Below, one piece after another: positions 55,762-64,000 of a stretch of DNA of 64,000 nucleotides. The first letter of the stretch is position 1; each line of letters opens with the position of its first letter. The stretch comes from an uncultured Myxococcales bacterium (GTDB taxonomy: Bacteria; Myxococcota_A; UBA9042), in NCBI GenBank assembly GCA_903919145.1, contig CAIXGW010000016.1, forward strand, positions 113,367 to 177,366. The letters run 5' to 3'. The notes under the pieces are model-generated. The model did no database searches. It was given only the letters and a program-made list of their open reading frames with translations, and was not told the DNA's origin. Both the position numbers and the translations under genes were made by a program.

Positions 55762-58700
55762 ATGAATGCGCAGCAATTGCCCAGCCGCCCGGTGCCGTTG
55801 ACACAGGCGTTCCGCAGTCAGCTATCGACGTTGACCACCTTTTCTGGGCTTGCCCGGCTGCTGCCCTTGGCATTGATGGTCATGCTGGGCGCTGGAGCCG
55901 GTTGCGGCACCGTGGCCGTGCAAGAAGCTCCGGGCGGCGCCAGCGGCTCCACCGACGCCGCAGTCAGTGGCGACGCGACGGACGCCGACACCGCCAGCAC
56001 GGCCGACACCACGCCAGTCGACGTGCCGGTAAAGGCTGAATGCGAGACCGATTTTGACTGCTTTGCCATCGTGACCGGAAAGAACCCTTGCAGCCCGCCG
56101 GTGTGCGAAGCCGGCAAGTGCACCAAGAAGAAGAAGGCCGCAGGTACTGCGTGCAACGACCCTTCTCTCTCGCCCGGCGACTGCCAGAAAATGGCCTGCA
56201 ATGACATGGGCATCTGCGCTGTGGCGGATCTGGCCAACGGCACATCCTGCGGGCTAGGCGTTTGCGGCAAGAAGTGCGACGTCGGCCTGTGCGTGGCTGC
56301 CAGCGCCACCGACTATGATGACGGCAATGCCTGTACCAAAGACTATTGCAATCAAGGATTTGAGGTCCGCCACGACCCAATCACCGACCTGACCGAGCTG
56401 TGCGACGACAGCGATGCGTGCACCAGTGGCGACGCGTGCGTGAAAGGCAAGTGCAAAGGCCAAGCGCTGAGCTGCAATGACGGCATTGCGTGCACGGCTG
56501 ATAGCTGCGACCCGGTCAAGGGCTGTGTAGCCGCGCCCAAAGATGAGCTGTGCGATGACGGCGACGTCTGCACCAAGCAGACCTGCGACGCGGCCACCGG
56601 CTGCAAACAGGCCGGCTTTGCTGCCGGTGTCAGCTGCGACGACGGCAACGCCTGTACCAGCGGAGAAACCTGCAACGATCAGGGTATTTGCGCCGGCGAG
56701 TCAACTTGCAGCTGCAGCGCGGACGCCGACTGCAAGCAGGACAACTTGTGCCTTGGCCCGGTGGCGTGTGTCACCGGCAAGTGCGTCGCCGACTCGACCA
56801 AAGCCGTGAATTGCGACAGCAGTGGCGACACCGCGTGCATGAAGAGCGTCTGCGCCGCCAGTACCGGCCAGTGCAGCCTGCAGCCGCTGGCCGAGGGCAA
56901 GACCTGCGAAGACGGCAACGCTTGCACCTCGCTCTCGACTTGCGTTGCTGGCCAGTGCAGCGGCACTGCCGACAAGAAGTGCGACGACAGCAATCCGTGC
57001 ACCGCCGACGCGTGCTCGCCGCAAAGTGGCTGCGTCTACACGGCCAACAGCGCCAGCTGCGACGATGGAAATCCCTGCACTACCAGTGACATCTGCGACA
57101 AGGGTGGCTGCACCGGCAGCCCGCTGCCCTGCGACGACGGCCTTTCTTGCACGCTGGACAGCTGCGACACCAAGACCGGCAAGTGCGCCAACCAGCCAAC
57201 CGCCAAAGCCTGCGACGACAGCCAGCCTTGCACCACCGACGCCTGCGACCTGACCAAGGGCTGCACCAACGTGCCAGCCAATGGTCTGGCCTGTGACGAC
57301 GGTGACAACTGCACCTCGCCAGACAAGTGCAGCGCCGGTAAGTGCGGTGGCCCCTACACCTGCCAGTGCAAGGCCAACGCCGACTGCAATGACAACAACC
57401 CTTGCACGGTAGACAAGTGCGACGCCGGTAAGTGCTCAGCCGACCCCACCGCCGCCAACGGCACAGCGTGCAGTTCCTCTGACAAGTGCCAAATGCCCAA
57501 CACCGGCAAGTGTAGCGCCGGCGTGTGCGCGGCTACCAACCAGCCCATCACTTGCACCGCGCTGACCACCTGCCAGAATGCCGCCTGCAACCCGGCCAGC
57601 GGCAAATGCGAAAGTGTCAACAAGCCCGACGGCACCGGCTGCGATGCCGACAAAGATGGCTGTACCGTTGCCGACAAGTGCGCGGCCGGTCAGTGCGTGG
57701 CCGGTGTCAAGGCCCAGTGTGCCAGTACCGGGCCCTGCAGCGCCGGCACCTGCAAGTCCGACGCAGCGCAACCGTCCGGGTATAGCTGCACCCAGACAGC
57801 ACTGGCCGCTGGAACGGCCTGCGAAGACGGGCAGTACTGCACCGGCGGAGACAAGTGCGACTCGGCCGGCAAGTGCGCCGCTGGGCCTGCGGTGTCTTGC
57901 GCTTCTTTGACCGATGCCTGCAACACCGGCACCTGCGATGAGGGCAAGGACCAGTGCATCAAGACCGCCAAGGCCAGCACCGTGGCGTGCGACGATGCGT
58001 TGTACTGTTCGATTTCAGACCATTGCGATGGCGTGGGCAAGTGCATTGGCGGCAGCGCCCGCACCTGTGCCGGGGGCAACTGCTTGGTGGGGGCCTGCGA
58101 CGAGGCTGGCGACAAGTGCGGCACCAAGCCCGCAGCTGCTGGCGCGACCTGCACCGACGGCAGCATTTGCACCCAGGCCGACACCTGTGACAGCGCCGGC
58201 GTGTGCAAGGGCGCCAATCCCCAGGTCTGTGACGACAAGAACCCCTGCACGACCGATAGCTGTGACGCCGTCAAGGGCTGCGTCTACACCCCCGCTGCGG
58301 GTGCCACCTGCGACGACGGCAATTCCTGCACCACCGGCGACAAGTGCGACACTGCCGGCAATTGCCAGGCCGGCACTTTTGTCTGCCAGTGCCAGACGGA
58401 CGCGGGCTGCAACGACGCCAACGCCTGCACCACGGACAAGTGTGTGGCCAACAAGTGCAGCAATACCATCACCGCAGGGGCCGTCTGCGATGACAAGAAC
58501 CCGTGCTCGCTGGCCAGCACGTGCAACTCCACTGGCGCCTGCGTGGCTGACGCCACCAAGACCTACGACTGCTCGGCGCAAAACGACACCTGCAACACTG
58601 GCGTTTGCTACGCTTCGACCGCTGGTACGGCAGCTTGCAAGAAGCAGCCCAAGCCCAAGGGCGTGAGCTGCGACGATGGCCAGTACTGCACAACTGGCGA

Positions 58701-60156
58701 TCTTTGCGATGATGTGGGCAAGTGCATCGGCGGCGTCGCCCCCACCTGCCCCAAGCCCGCCACCTGCATGGCTGCCCTGTGCACCGAAGCGGCCAAAGGC
58801 TGTACCACCCAGCCCCAAGCCTTGGGTACCGCCTGCAGCGACAACGACCCCTGCACTGCGGGCGACAACTGCAATGGAACCGGCACCTGTACGGTCGGCT
58901 CACCGATGGCCGACTTCTCTGCCTGTGACGACGCCATTGCCGCGACCGGCGGCGACTTTTGCTACAACAAGCTGTGCAAGGGCTTTGCGCTGCAGAACGG
59001 CCCTGCGCTTGGGCCGATTGGCCGCATCGACTACCAAAGCCAGGCCAAGACGTGGACCGCTACCAGCAACCCGGGCTATGTGGCAGATGAACTGGCCCCC
59101 AACAACTGGTCGGTGCATGTCGCCAAGACCACGCCCGACGTGTCGCTGCAGGTGTGGACGCAAACCATGGGCGCTATGCCCGGCACCTTGCACGCCACAG
59201 CGGACCAGGTGATGGTCGGGCTTGGCAACGGGTTGTGGGTCCAGCCCGCCGGGTTGACGACGTGGAAGAATACCTCTGCTCTGCACACGGCCATCAAGGC
59301 CGCGGTCAGCGCGTCTATCGATTGGGACAGCGTCGACACCCGCCTGAGCGGCACCACGCTGTACGTCGGCCTGACGGGCTTTGCTCCGCTCAACAACTTG
59401 ACCTTCTTGCTGCAGTGTTCTGGCGACAACGCCTTTGCCGGTGCCTGGACCTGCAAGGCCTTTGCCATGCCGAGCTCTTTGAAAATGGTTAGTTCCAAGC
59501 TGTGGACCTACACCTCTTGCTTGGCCTGCCCCGTCACGACCCACCACGCCGTGGCCGGCCTGGTCAAGAGCGGCACCACCACCGTGTCGGGCATCAATGA
59601 GTACAACAACCCCTTTGGCGGCACCGGCTACGTGGCCACCGTTGGCCCGACCTACTCGGCGCCCACCACATTGCTGTTTGCCGACAACTGGCACTCCGGC
59701 TACGCGCTCAAGAGCCAGACCGGAGCGACGTTCCAGTGGCTGGTTGGGCCTCTTGGCACCATTGCCTATGGCAAGTTTGGCTCGGCGGGCATCTTCAGCG
59801 CCTCGGTCACCAAAGGTGTCCAGTCGAGCTACAACTTCCGCAACATCGTCAAGTACGGGTCCACAGTGCTGGTGTCTGGCAGCAAGCCCGATCCTGCCAA
59901 CACTTCAAACCGCTTGCCGGTGGTGTTCAGCCATACCGACCTGATTGACCAGCAGTCAGGGGCTAGCTACTGGACAGAGCTCATCCTGCCGGCCGCGCCT
60001 TTCAACCAAGTCTACTGCGCCGTCGATGGCATCACCGCGCCGTCGATGTCGGTGGCGGCTGGCGGCCTGATGGTGTGGGTCAACACCTGCAACAACCAGA
60101 CCCTGAGCAAGGGCGTGCTGGCGCGGCGCGGCTACGTCTACTACCGGCCGTTCTAA
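55762..60156 (+). CDS. giant (1464 aa) cysteine-rich repeat lipoprotein with C-terminal ~480-aa Cys-poor globular domain
   Basis: Signal/lipobox (LALMVMLGAGAGCGTV). ~25 tandem Myxococcus-type disulfide repeats (C.DGN.CT.D.CD...G.C). The C-terminal domain (from ~FALQNGPALGPIGRIDYQ) has no recognisable family. Confidence 0.85.
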   Translation: MNAQQLPSRPVPLTQAFRSQLSTLTTFSGLARLLPLALMVMLGAGAGCGTVAVQEAPGGASGSTDAAVSGDATDADTASTADTTPVDVPVKAECETDFDCFAIVTGKNPCSPPVCEAGKCTKKKKAAGTACNDPSLSPGDCQKMACNDMGICAVADLANGTSCGLGVCGKKCDVGLCVAASATDYDDGNACTKDYCNQGFEVRHDPITDLTELCDDSDACTSGDACVKGKCKGQALSCNDGIACTADSCDPVKGCVAAPKDELCDDGDVCTKQTCDAATGCKQAGFAAGVSCDDGNACTSGETCNDQGICAGESTCSCSADADCKQDNLCLGPVACVTGKCVADSTKAVNCDSSGDTACMKSVCAASTGQCSLQPLAEGKTCEDGNACTSLSTCVAGQCSGTADKKCDDSNPCTADACSPQSGCVYTANSASCDDGNPCTTSDICDKGGCTGSPLPCDDGLSCTLDSCDTKTGKCANQPTAKACDDSQPCTTDACDLTKGCTNVPANGLACDDGDNCTSPDKCSAGKCGGPYTCQCKANADCNDNNPCTVDKCDAGKCSADPTAANGTACSSSDKCQMPNTGKCSAGVCAATNQPITCTALTTCQNAACNPASGKCESVNKPDGTGCDADKDGCTVADKCAAGQCVAGVKAQCASTGPCSAGTCKSDAAQPSGYSCTQTALAAGTACEDGQYCTGGDKCDSAGKCAAGPAVSCASLTDACNTGTCDEGKDQCIKTAKASTVACDDALYCSISDHCDGVGKCIGGSARTCAGGNCLVGACDEAGDKCGTKPAAAGATCTDGSICTQADTCDSAGVCKGANPQVCDDKNPCTTDSCDAVKGCVYTPAAGATCDDGNSCTTGDKCDTAGNCQAGTFVCQCQTDAGCNDANACTTDKCVANKCSNTITAGAVCDDKNPCSLASTCNSTGACVADATKTYDCSAQNDTCNTGVCYASTAGTAACKKQPKPKGVSCDDGQYCTTGDLCDDVGKCIGGVAPTCPKPATCMAALCTEAAKGCTTQPQALGTACSDNDPCTAGDNCNGTGTCTVGSPMADFSACDDAIAATGGDFCYNKLCKGFALQNGPALGPIGRIDYQSQAKTWTATSNPGYVADELAPNNWSVHVAKTTPDVSLQVWTQTMGAMPGTLHATADQVMVGLGNGLWVQPAGLTTWKNTSALHTAIKAAVSASIDWDSVDTRLSGTTLYVGLTGFAPLNNLTFLLQCSGDNAFAGAWTCKAFAMPSSLKMVSSKLWTYTSCLACPVTTHHAVAGLVKSGTTTVSGINEYNNPFGGTGYVATVGPTYSAPTTLLFADNWHSGYALKSQTGATFQWLVGPLGTIAYGKFGSAGIFSASVTKGVQSSYNFRNIVKYGSTVLVSGSKPDPANTSNRLPVVFSHTDLIDQQSGASYWTELILPAAPFNQVYCAVDGITAPSMSVAAGGLMVWVNTCNNQTLSKGVLARRGYVYYRPF

Positions 60157-60363
60157 GAGCCTGGCGCAGTCGTGTTGCAGCCTGAAGCCAAGCGCGCAGA
60201 AGGGCTGGCTCGACTGGGGCGTGCGGCAATTCTACAGGGGTGATAGGGCTCTGACTGGCCGCAGGCTCCCTGGGGGCGTTTGGCAGTCGCGACGGCCGAC
60301 ACCGCCCAGCCGACAGTGCCCAGCCGACAGTGCCCAGCCGAAAGTGCCCGTCGCCACCAAGGG

Positions 60364-62904
60364 TCACCGGTGCCGAAGCACCGCCGAGCAGCGCCGCCGC
60401 CGCACTGCCAAGGTCGCCAAGGCCGCCCACAACCACCCAAGAGCCCCAGGCGAGCTAGCCGGCCCAGAGCTGCAGCCGCTGTCGCGGTTTTCTGGCGCTG
60501 TGGCTGGCACCGCTGCGGCACCTGCGCCGCCGGCATCTACCAAGCCAGCGGCCCCGGGATCGGCAGCAGCGCCGCCACTGGCGTCTAAATCCTTGGCCAG
60601 CAGGTCGGCGTCCTGTGCGGGGCTGGGCGAAAAATCGCTTGGGTTGGCAGCGTCTTGCGGGTCGGCGTCGTCCAGGAACCACACGGTGTCGGCAGGCGGG
60701 GTGTCGGTCGGGGCAGTGTCGGTCGGGGCAGTGTCGGCTGGGGTTGTGTCTGCAACGGTGGCGGCGTCGGTGGTTGCGTTCGCGTCGGCTACGGCGTCCG
60801 GTCCATCCTTGCCGGCGTCTGGTGCGGCATCGGCTGGGGCGGCGGCGTCTGCCAGCCCGGCGTCGGTAGCTGTGGAGCCTGCGTCGTTTTCTCCAGGGCC
60901 CGTATCGACTGGCGGCGGTGGCGCCACAGGCTCAGCCAGAAACACCCCGGTCAGGTCGACCACCACATGGCTGCGGCCGCCGGCTTTGAGGCAGAGCGAG
61001 CCCTTGGGGCCCAAGCCCATCCAGGCGGCGCTGGCAACGGTGTGGTTCTCTCGGAAGTTGAGGTTGGAGGTGGCGGCGGGCTTGCCACACGGGCCAAACG
61101 CCAAGAAGCCATCGGTGCGCGGGTTGACCGCTGCCAGGTTGAAGGACACGCCGACGGCATCGGCGGGAAAGCCCGGCATGTCGGCAAAGCGCAGCTCAAG
61201 CTCTTTGCCAGGTTGGACTTTGCCGGTCCAGCGGCCCGCAGGCTGTCGGGTGTCGACCAGCCGCACCGGCGCCACTGCCTGCCACGGCGAGCCTTTGCCC
61301 GGCGTGAACGAGCCATACACGTCCACCAGCAAGTGCGTAGGCACCGAGGCCACGGCGCAGATCCCGCCCGCGCCCATGGGGGCCAACACGGCGGCGGCGC
61401 GGTTTTCGCCTTGGGCAAAGTTGACGTTGGAGGTGTCGGGGGCGGGCTTGTCGCACGGGTAGACGGTGATGAACCCGGGGTACATGGGCGTGACCGCGGT
61501 GATTCCCAGCGCCAGGGCGGAGACCGCGGTGTTGCCGTCGATCAATTTGCGCGGTTGGCCGGGGAGCAGCGGCTTGTCTGTGGTGCGGGTGTCCAAGGCG
61601 CGGTAGGGGGTCACGGGCGAAAAGCCTGCGCCTTGTTTGGTGAAATAGCCCTGCAGGTCGCCAATGAGGTGGGTGGCGACCAGGCTGTAGACGGAGACGG
61701 TGTCTTTGGCGCCCAGCCGCACCGGGCCCATGTTGGCCGCCGCCGCCGCTGCCTCATAGTTGAGCAAAGACACGTTGGGCATGGGCGCCGCGCCCGACCA
61801 CACCGTCAAGAAGCCTGCCGCGGCAGCCTCGACGGCCGCAAGGTTAAGGACCACGGCGCTAGAGCCGGCGGGAACCAGCTGCGCATTGCCCCACGCCGCG
61901 CTGGTGCCGGCGGCCATGCGCCCTTTGGCGTCGGCGACCAGGCCCTGCAGCGGCGCCGCCAGAGCCGGGACCCGCGTGTCAAAAATCCGTTTGGGCATGG
62001 GCGTCTGGAGCCAAGCCGGCTGGCCCTGCGGCTGGTAGGGCGGCAGCGGGAAATTGGCGTCCAGCACCGACGGACGCTCGCAGTGGGGCGCCGGCCCTGA
62101 GCCCTTGGCGTAGATGGCCAAGTGGGGGCCGACCACCCGCTCAACGCCGTCGGACGGATGGTTGAGAACGCCGGCTCCTTGCTGCCAGAACGTCGACGAG
62201 CCGCCGCCATCCAGGTTGAAGGCCCGATCGGCGCCAAGCTCGATCAGCACCTGGGCCATCTCGATGCAGGTCATGCCCTTCCAGCCGTTGCGCCCGTCGA
62301 CCACAATCAGAATCAGCTTGTTGCCATCGGCAGACAGGCCAACGCCGGTGCGCGGGTCTATCGGGCAATCGGCGCCGGTCAGCTTGCCGTTGAGCACCAG
62401 CGACCAGTGGCCGCTTAGGACTTCTTGCATCCAGGCGGGGTCAAAGTCCTTGTCTTGGGCATCGTCCCAGATCTCCGCGCGCTCACTGCCAAAAGCCAGC
62501 AGGGCGTCTTTGGCCAGGGTCTGCGGCCACGCCACACCCGCATGGCCCGCAATGCCGTAGGTGACGTAGGCAGGCTTGTTGACGCAGGGCTTAAAGGGGC
62601 TCTTGACCGGATCGACGTCGATGGGGCGGCAGGAAAAATCGGCGTTGATGGCCAGCTGAGCCCCCACCGCCGCAGCAAAAGAGGAGGTTTTCTGCTGGCG
62701 TTCCTCAAAGGCCGTGTGGCGGACCGCGATCCCAGCCGTGCACAGGTCGACCACCGCCGCTTCCAGATTCAGCTTGTTGGGGCCAGTGCGGTGCAACCGC
62801 TGGACGCCGGCAAAAGGCGTGGTCCAAGTGTCCGCTGCCAGAGCGCTGCCGGCCGTAGCAGTGAAGACAAGCGCTGCTGCAATCCACGCCCAACGAATCG
62901 TCAT
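60364..62904 (-). CDS. secreted phosphodiester glycosidase (NAGPA/DUF2233-family) protein with repeat region, (P/T-D-T-A)n linker and MYXO-CTERM-like sorting tail
   Basis: 846 aa. Signal peptide MTIRWAWIAAALVFTATAGSALA. NAGPA-like core (INADFS...LNGKL...GVGLSADGNKLILIVVDGRNGWKGMTCIEMAQVLIELGADRAFNLDGGGSSTFW). Tandem ~120-aa repeats. Low-complexity ADTTPADTAPTDTAPTDTPPADT. C-terminal GCSSGPASSPGALGWLWAALATLAVRRRR. Confidence 0.8.
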   Translation of the reverse strand: MTIRWAWIAAALVFTATAGSALAADTWTTPFAGVQRLHRTGPNKLNLEAAVVDLCTAGIAVRHTAFEERQQKTSSFAAAVGAQLAINADFSCRPIDVDPVKSPFKPCVNKPAYVTYGIAGHAGVAWPQTLAKDALLAFGSERAEIWDDAQDKDFDPAWMQEVLSGHWSLVLNGKLTGADCPIDPRTGVGLSADGNKLILIVVDGRNGWKGMTCIEMAQVLIELGADRAFNLDGGGSSTFWQQGAGVLNHPSDGVERVVGPHLAIYAKGSGPAPHCERPSVLDANFPLPPYQPQGQPAWLQTPMPKRIFDTRVPALAAPLQGLVADAKGRMAAGTSAAWGNAQLVPAGSSAVVLNLAAVEAAAAGFLTVWSGAAPMPNVSLLNYEAAAAAANMGPVRLGAKDTVSVYSLVATHLIGDLQGYFTKQGAGFSPVTPYRALDTRTTDKPLLPGQPRKLIDGNTAVSALALGITAVTPMYPGFITVYPCDKPAPDTSNVNFAQGENRAAAVLAPMGAGGICAVASVPTHLLVDVYGSFTPGKGSPWQAVAPVRLVDTRQPAGRWTGKVQPGKELELRFADMPGFPADAVGVSFNLAAVNPRTDGFLAFGPCGKPAATSNLNFRENHTVASAAWMGLGPKGSLCLKAGGRSHVVVDLTGVFLAEPVAPPPPVDTGPGENDAGSTATDAGLADAAAPADAAPDAGKDGPDAVADANATTDAATVADTTPADTAPTDTAPTDTPPADTVWFLDDADPQDAANPSDFSPSPAQDADLLAKDLDASGGAAADPGAAGLVDAGGAGAAAVPATAPENRDSGCSSGPASSPGALGWLWAALATLAVRRRRCSAVLRHR

Positions 62905-63294
62905 GGGGCCTCCGGCTGGTTGGCGGTGGGCAATCGGTCCAAGAGAGCCTCGCCCTCACGCTGGGCTGGCCAGGGTGGCCGGAGCCAGTGCGGCGGCGAG
63001 CGCTGGCGAATCCATGGGCGATAGCAAGCTGTTCTGACAGAGGAGTTTCTGACCGCGCCCCAAGGGGCGACGCTTGTCGCTCAGCATAGCAGAAGGGCCA
63101 GAACGTGAGGAGCCAGCGCGGTAACTCTGGCCCCAGCGCTGCGACCGGCGCGGCTAGGGGCCCTGGGGGCACGCTTTGCGGGGGAGCCTGCCGCCGCTGC
63201 GCCGCCGCCGGACGCTGATGGCGCTGGCATCGCCGAGTTCTGAGCTTGTTGCGCGGCCAGAAGGCACCCGAGGAAGGTGGCCCGCGACCTGGCG

Positions 63295-64000
63295 CTATTG
63301 GCGCAGACCGGGGGCTTCCTGGCCGGTGCGCTGCACATACTCTGTGTAGCCGCCGCCAAAAACGTGAATGCCCTCAGGCGTCAGCTCAAGCACGCGGTTG
63401 CTCAGCTCAGCCAGAAAGTGCCGATCGTGGGAGACGAACAGCATCGTTCCCTCAAAGCGCTTGAGCGCCCGGATCAGCATCTCTTTGGTCGTCATGTCGA
63501 GGTGGTTGGTCGGCTCGTCAAGGACCAGGAAATTGGGCGGATCGTAGAGCATTTTGGCCATCACCAGCCGGGCCTTCTCGCCGCCCGAGAGGATGCGACA
63601 CTTCTTCTCTACCTCTTCGCCCGAAAAGCCGAAACAGCCGGCCAGCGAGCGCAGCTGCCCTACCGACGCCAGCGGAAAAGCATTCTGCAAAGAGTCAAAC
63701 ACCGTCTGGTCGGGCGCCAGCAACTCCATGGCATGCTGAGCAAAATAGCCCAACTTGACGCTGCCACCCAGGTTGACGATGCCGCGATCGGCCAAGGTGG
63801 TCTGGGCCGCCAGCTTGAGCAAGGTCGACTTGCCAGCGCCGTTGACGCCCATTACGCACCAGCGCTCATGGCGGCGCACTAAGAAGTCAAAGCCCTGGTA
63901 GATGACCTTGTTGCCATAGGCTTTGTGCACGGCCTTCATCGCCAGGACGTCGTCACCAGAGCGCGGCGGGGTGCGAAAATCGAACTCAATGACCTCGCGG
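63295..64000 (-). CDS. ABC-F family ATPase, partial (C-terminal ABC domain; gene continues beyond window end)
   Basis: MKAVHKAYGNKVIYQGFDFLVRRHERWCVMGVNGAGKSTLLK (Walker A)...LSGGEKARLVMAKML (signature)...FLVLDEPTNHLD (Walker B). The reading frame stays open to position 64000. Confidence 0.85.
   Translation of the reverse strand, partial: REVIEFDFRTPPRSGDDVLAMKAVHKAYGNKVIYQGFDFLVRRHERWCVMGVNGAGKSTLLKLAAQTTLADRGIVNLGGSVKLGYFAQHAMELLAPDQTVFDSLQNAFPLASVGQLRSLAGCFGFSGEEVEKKCRILSGGEKARLVMAKMLYDPPNFLVLDEPTNHLDMTTKEMLIRALKRFEGTMLFVSHDRHFLAELSNRVLELTPEGIHVFGGGYTEYVQRTGQEAPGLRQ

Noticed and set aside
60655-62100. 481-aa plus-strand ORF
   Set aside because: Antisense to the NAGPA-family gene. Gly/Arg/Val low-complexity.

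Overview
High-GC (~68-70%) chromosomal window, probably from a Myxococcota (myxobacterial) genome. Evidence: two MYXO-CTERM-like C-terminal sorting tails, several giant lipoproteins built from 'Myxococcus cysteine-rich repeats', several zinc-ribbon Ser/Thr kinases, and a perfect sigma-54 promoter.

Housekeeping content:
- a tRNA with anticodon CAT, and the rplM-rpsI ribosomal protein pair
- metK, a TatD-family hydrolase, tcdA, bcp
- an extended elongasome operon: mreC-mreD-mrdA-rodA fused on the same strand to a TPR membrane protein, an HD hydrolase, a TolB-like propeller and a PPC-domain Ser/Thr kinase
- nrnA, bfd, a CoA-transferase, two SDR-family oxidoreductases, cyanophycinase, nadB, moaA
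- partial genes at the window edges: a methyltransferase at the left edge and an ABC-F ATPase at the right edge

Accessory content:
- Four giant cysteine-rich repeat lipoprotein loci (5987-8254, 42081-46347, 46472-49208, 55762-60156). One ends in three somatomedin-B-like domains. Two are disrupted. The 42081-46347 locus carries in-frame stops plus a +1 frameshift inside a G8 tract. The 46472-49208 locus carries a frameshift.
- A 1097-aa secreted protein with an embedded Amidase_3 domain, and an 846-aa NAGPA-family protein, both with MYXO-CTERM-like tails.
- A PBP2 carrying a triple zinc-ribbon insertion.
- A ~1.5 kb low-GC island (53133-54669) encoding an IS200-like Y1/HUH transposase-like protein. 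The island is bracketed by inverted copies of a 17-nt motif that recurs elsewhere in the window, which makes it a candidate REP/RAYT-type element.

Many long antisense or alternate-frame ORFs in the supplied track are high-GC artefacts and were rejected.
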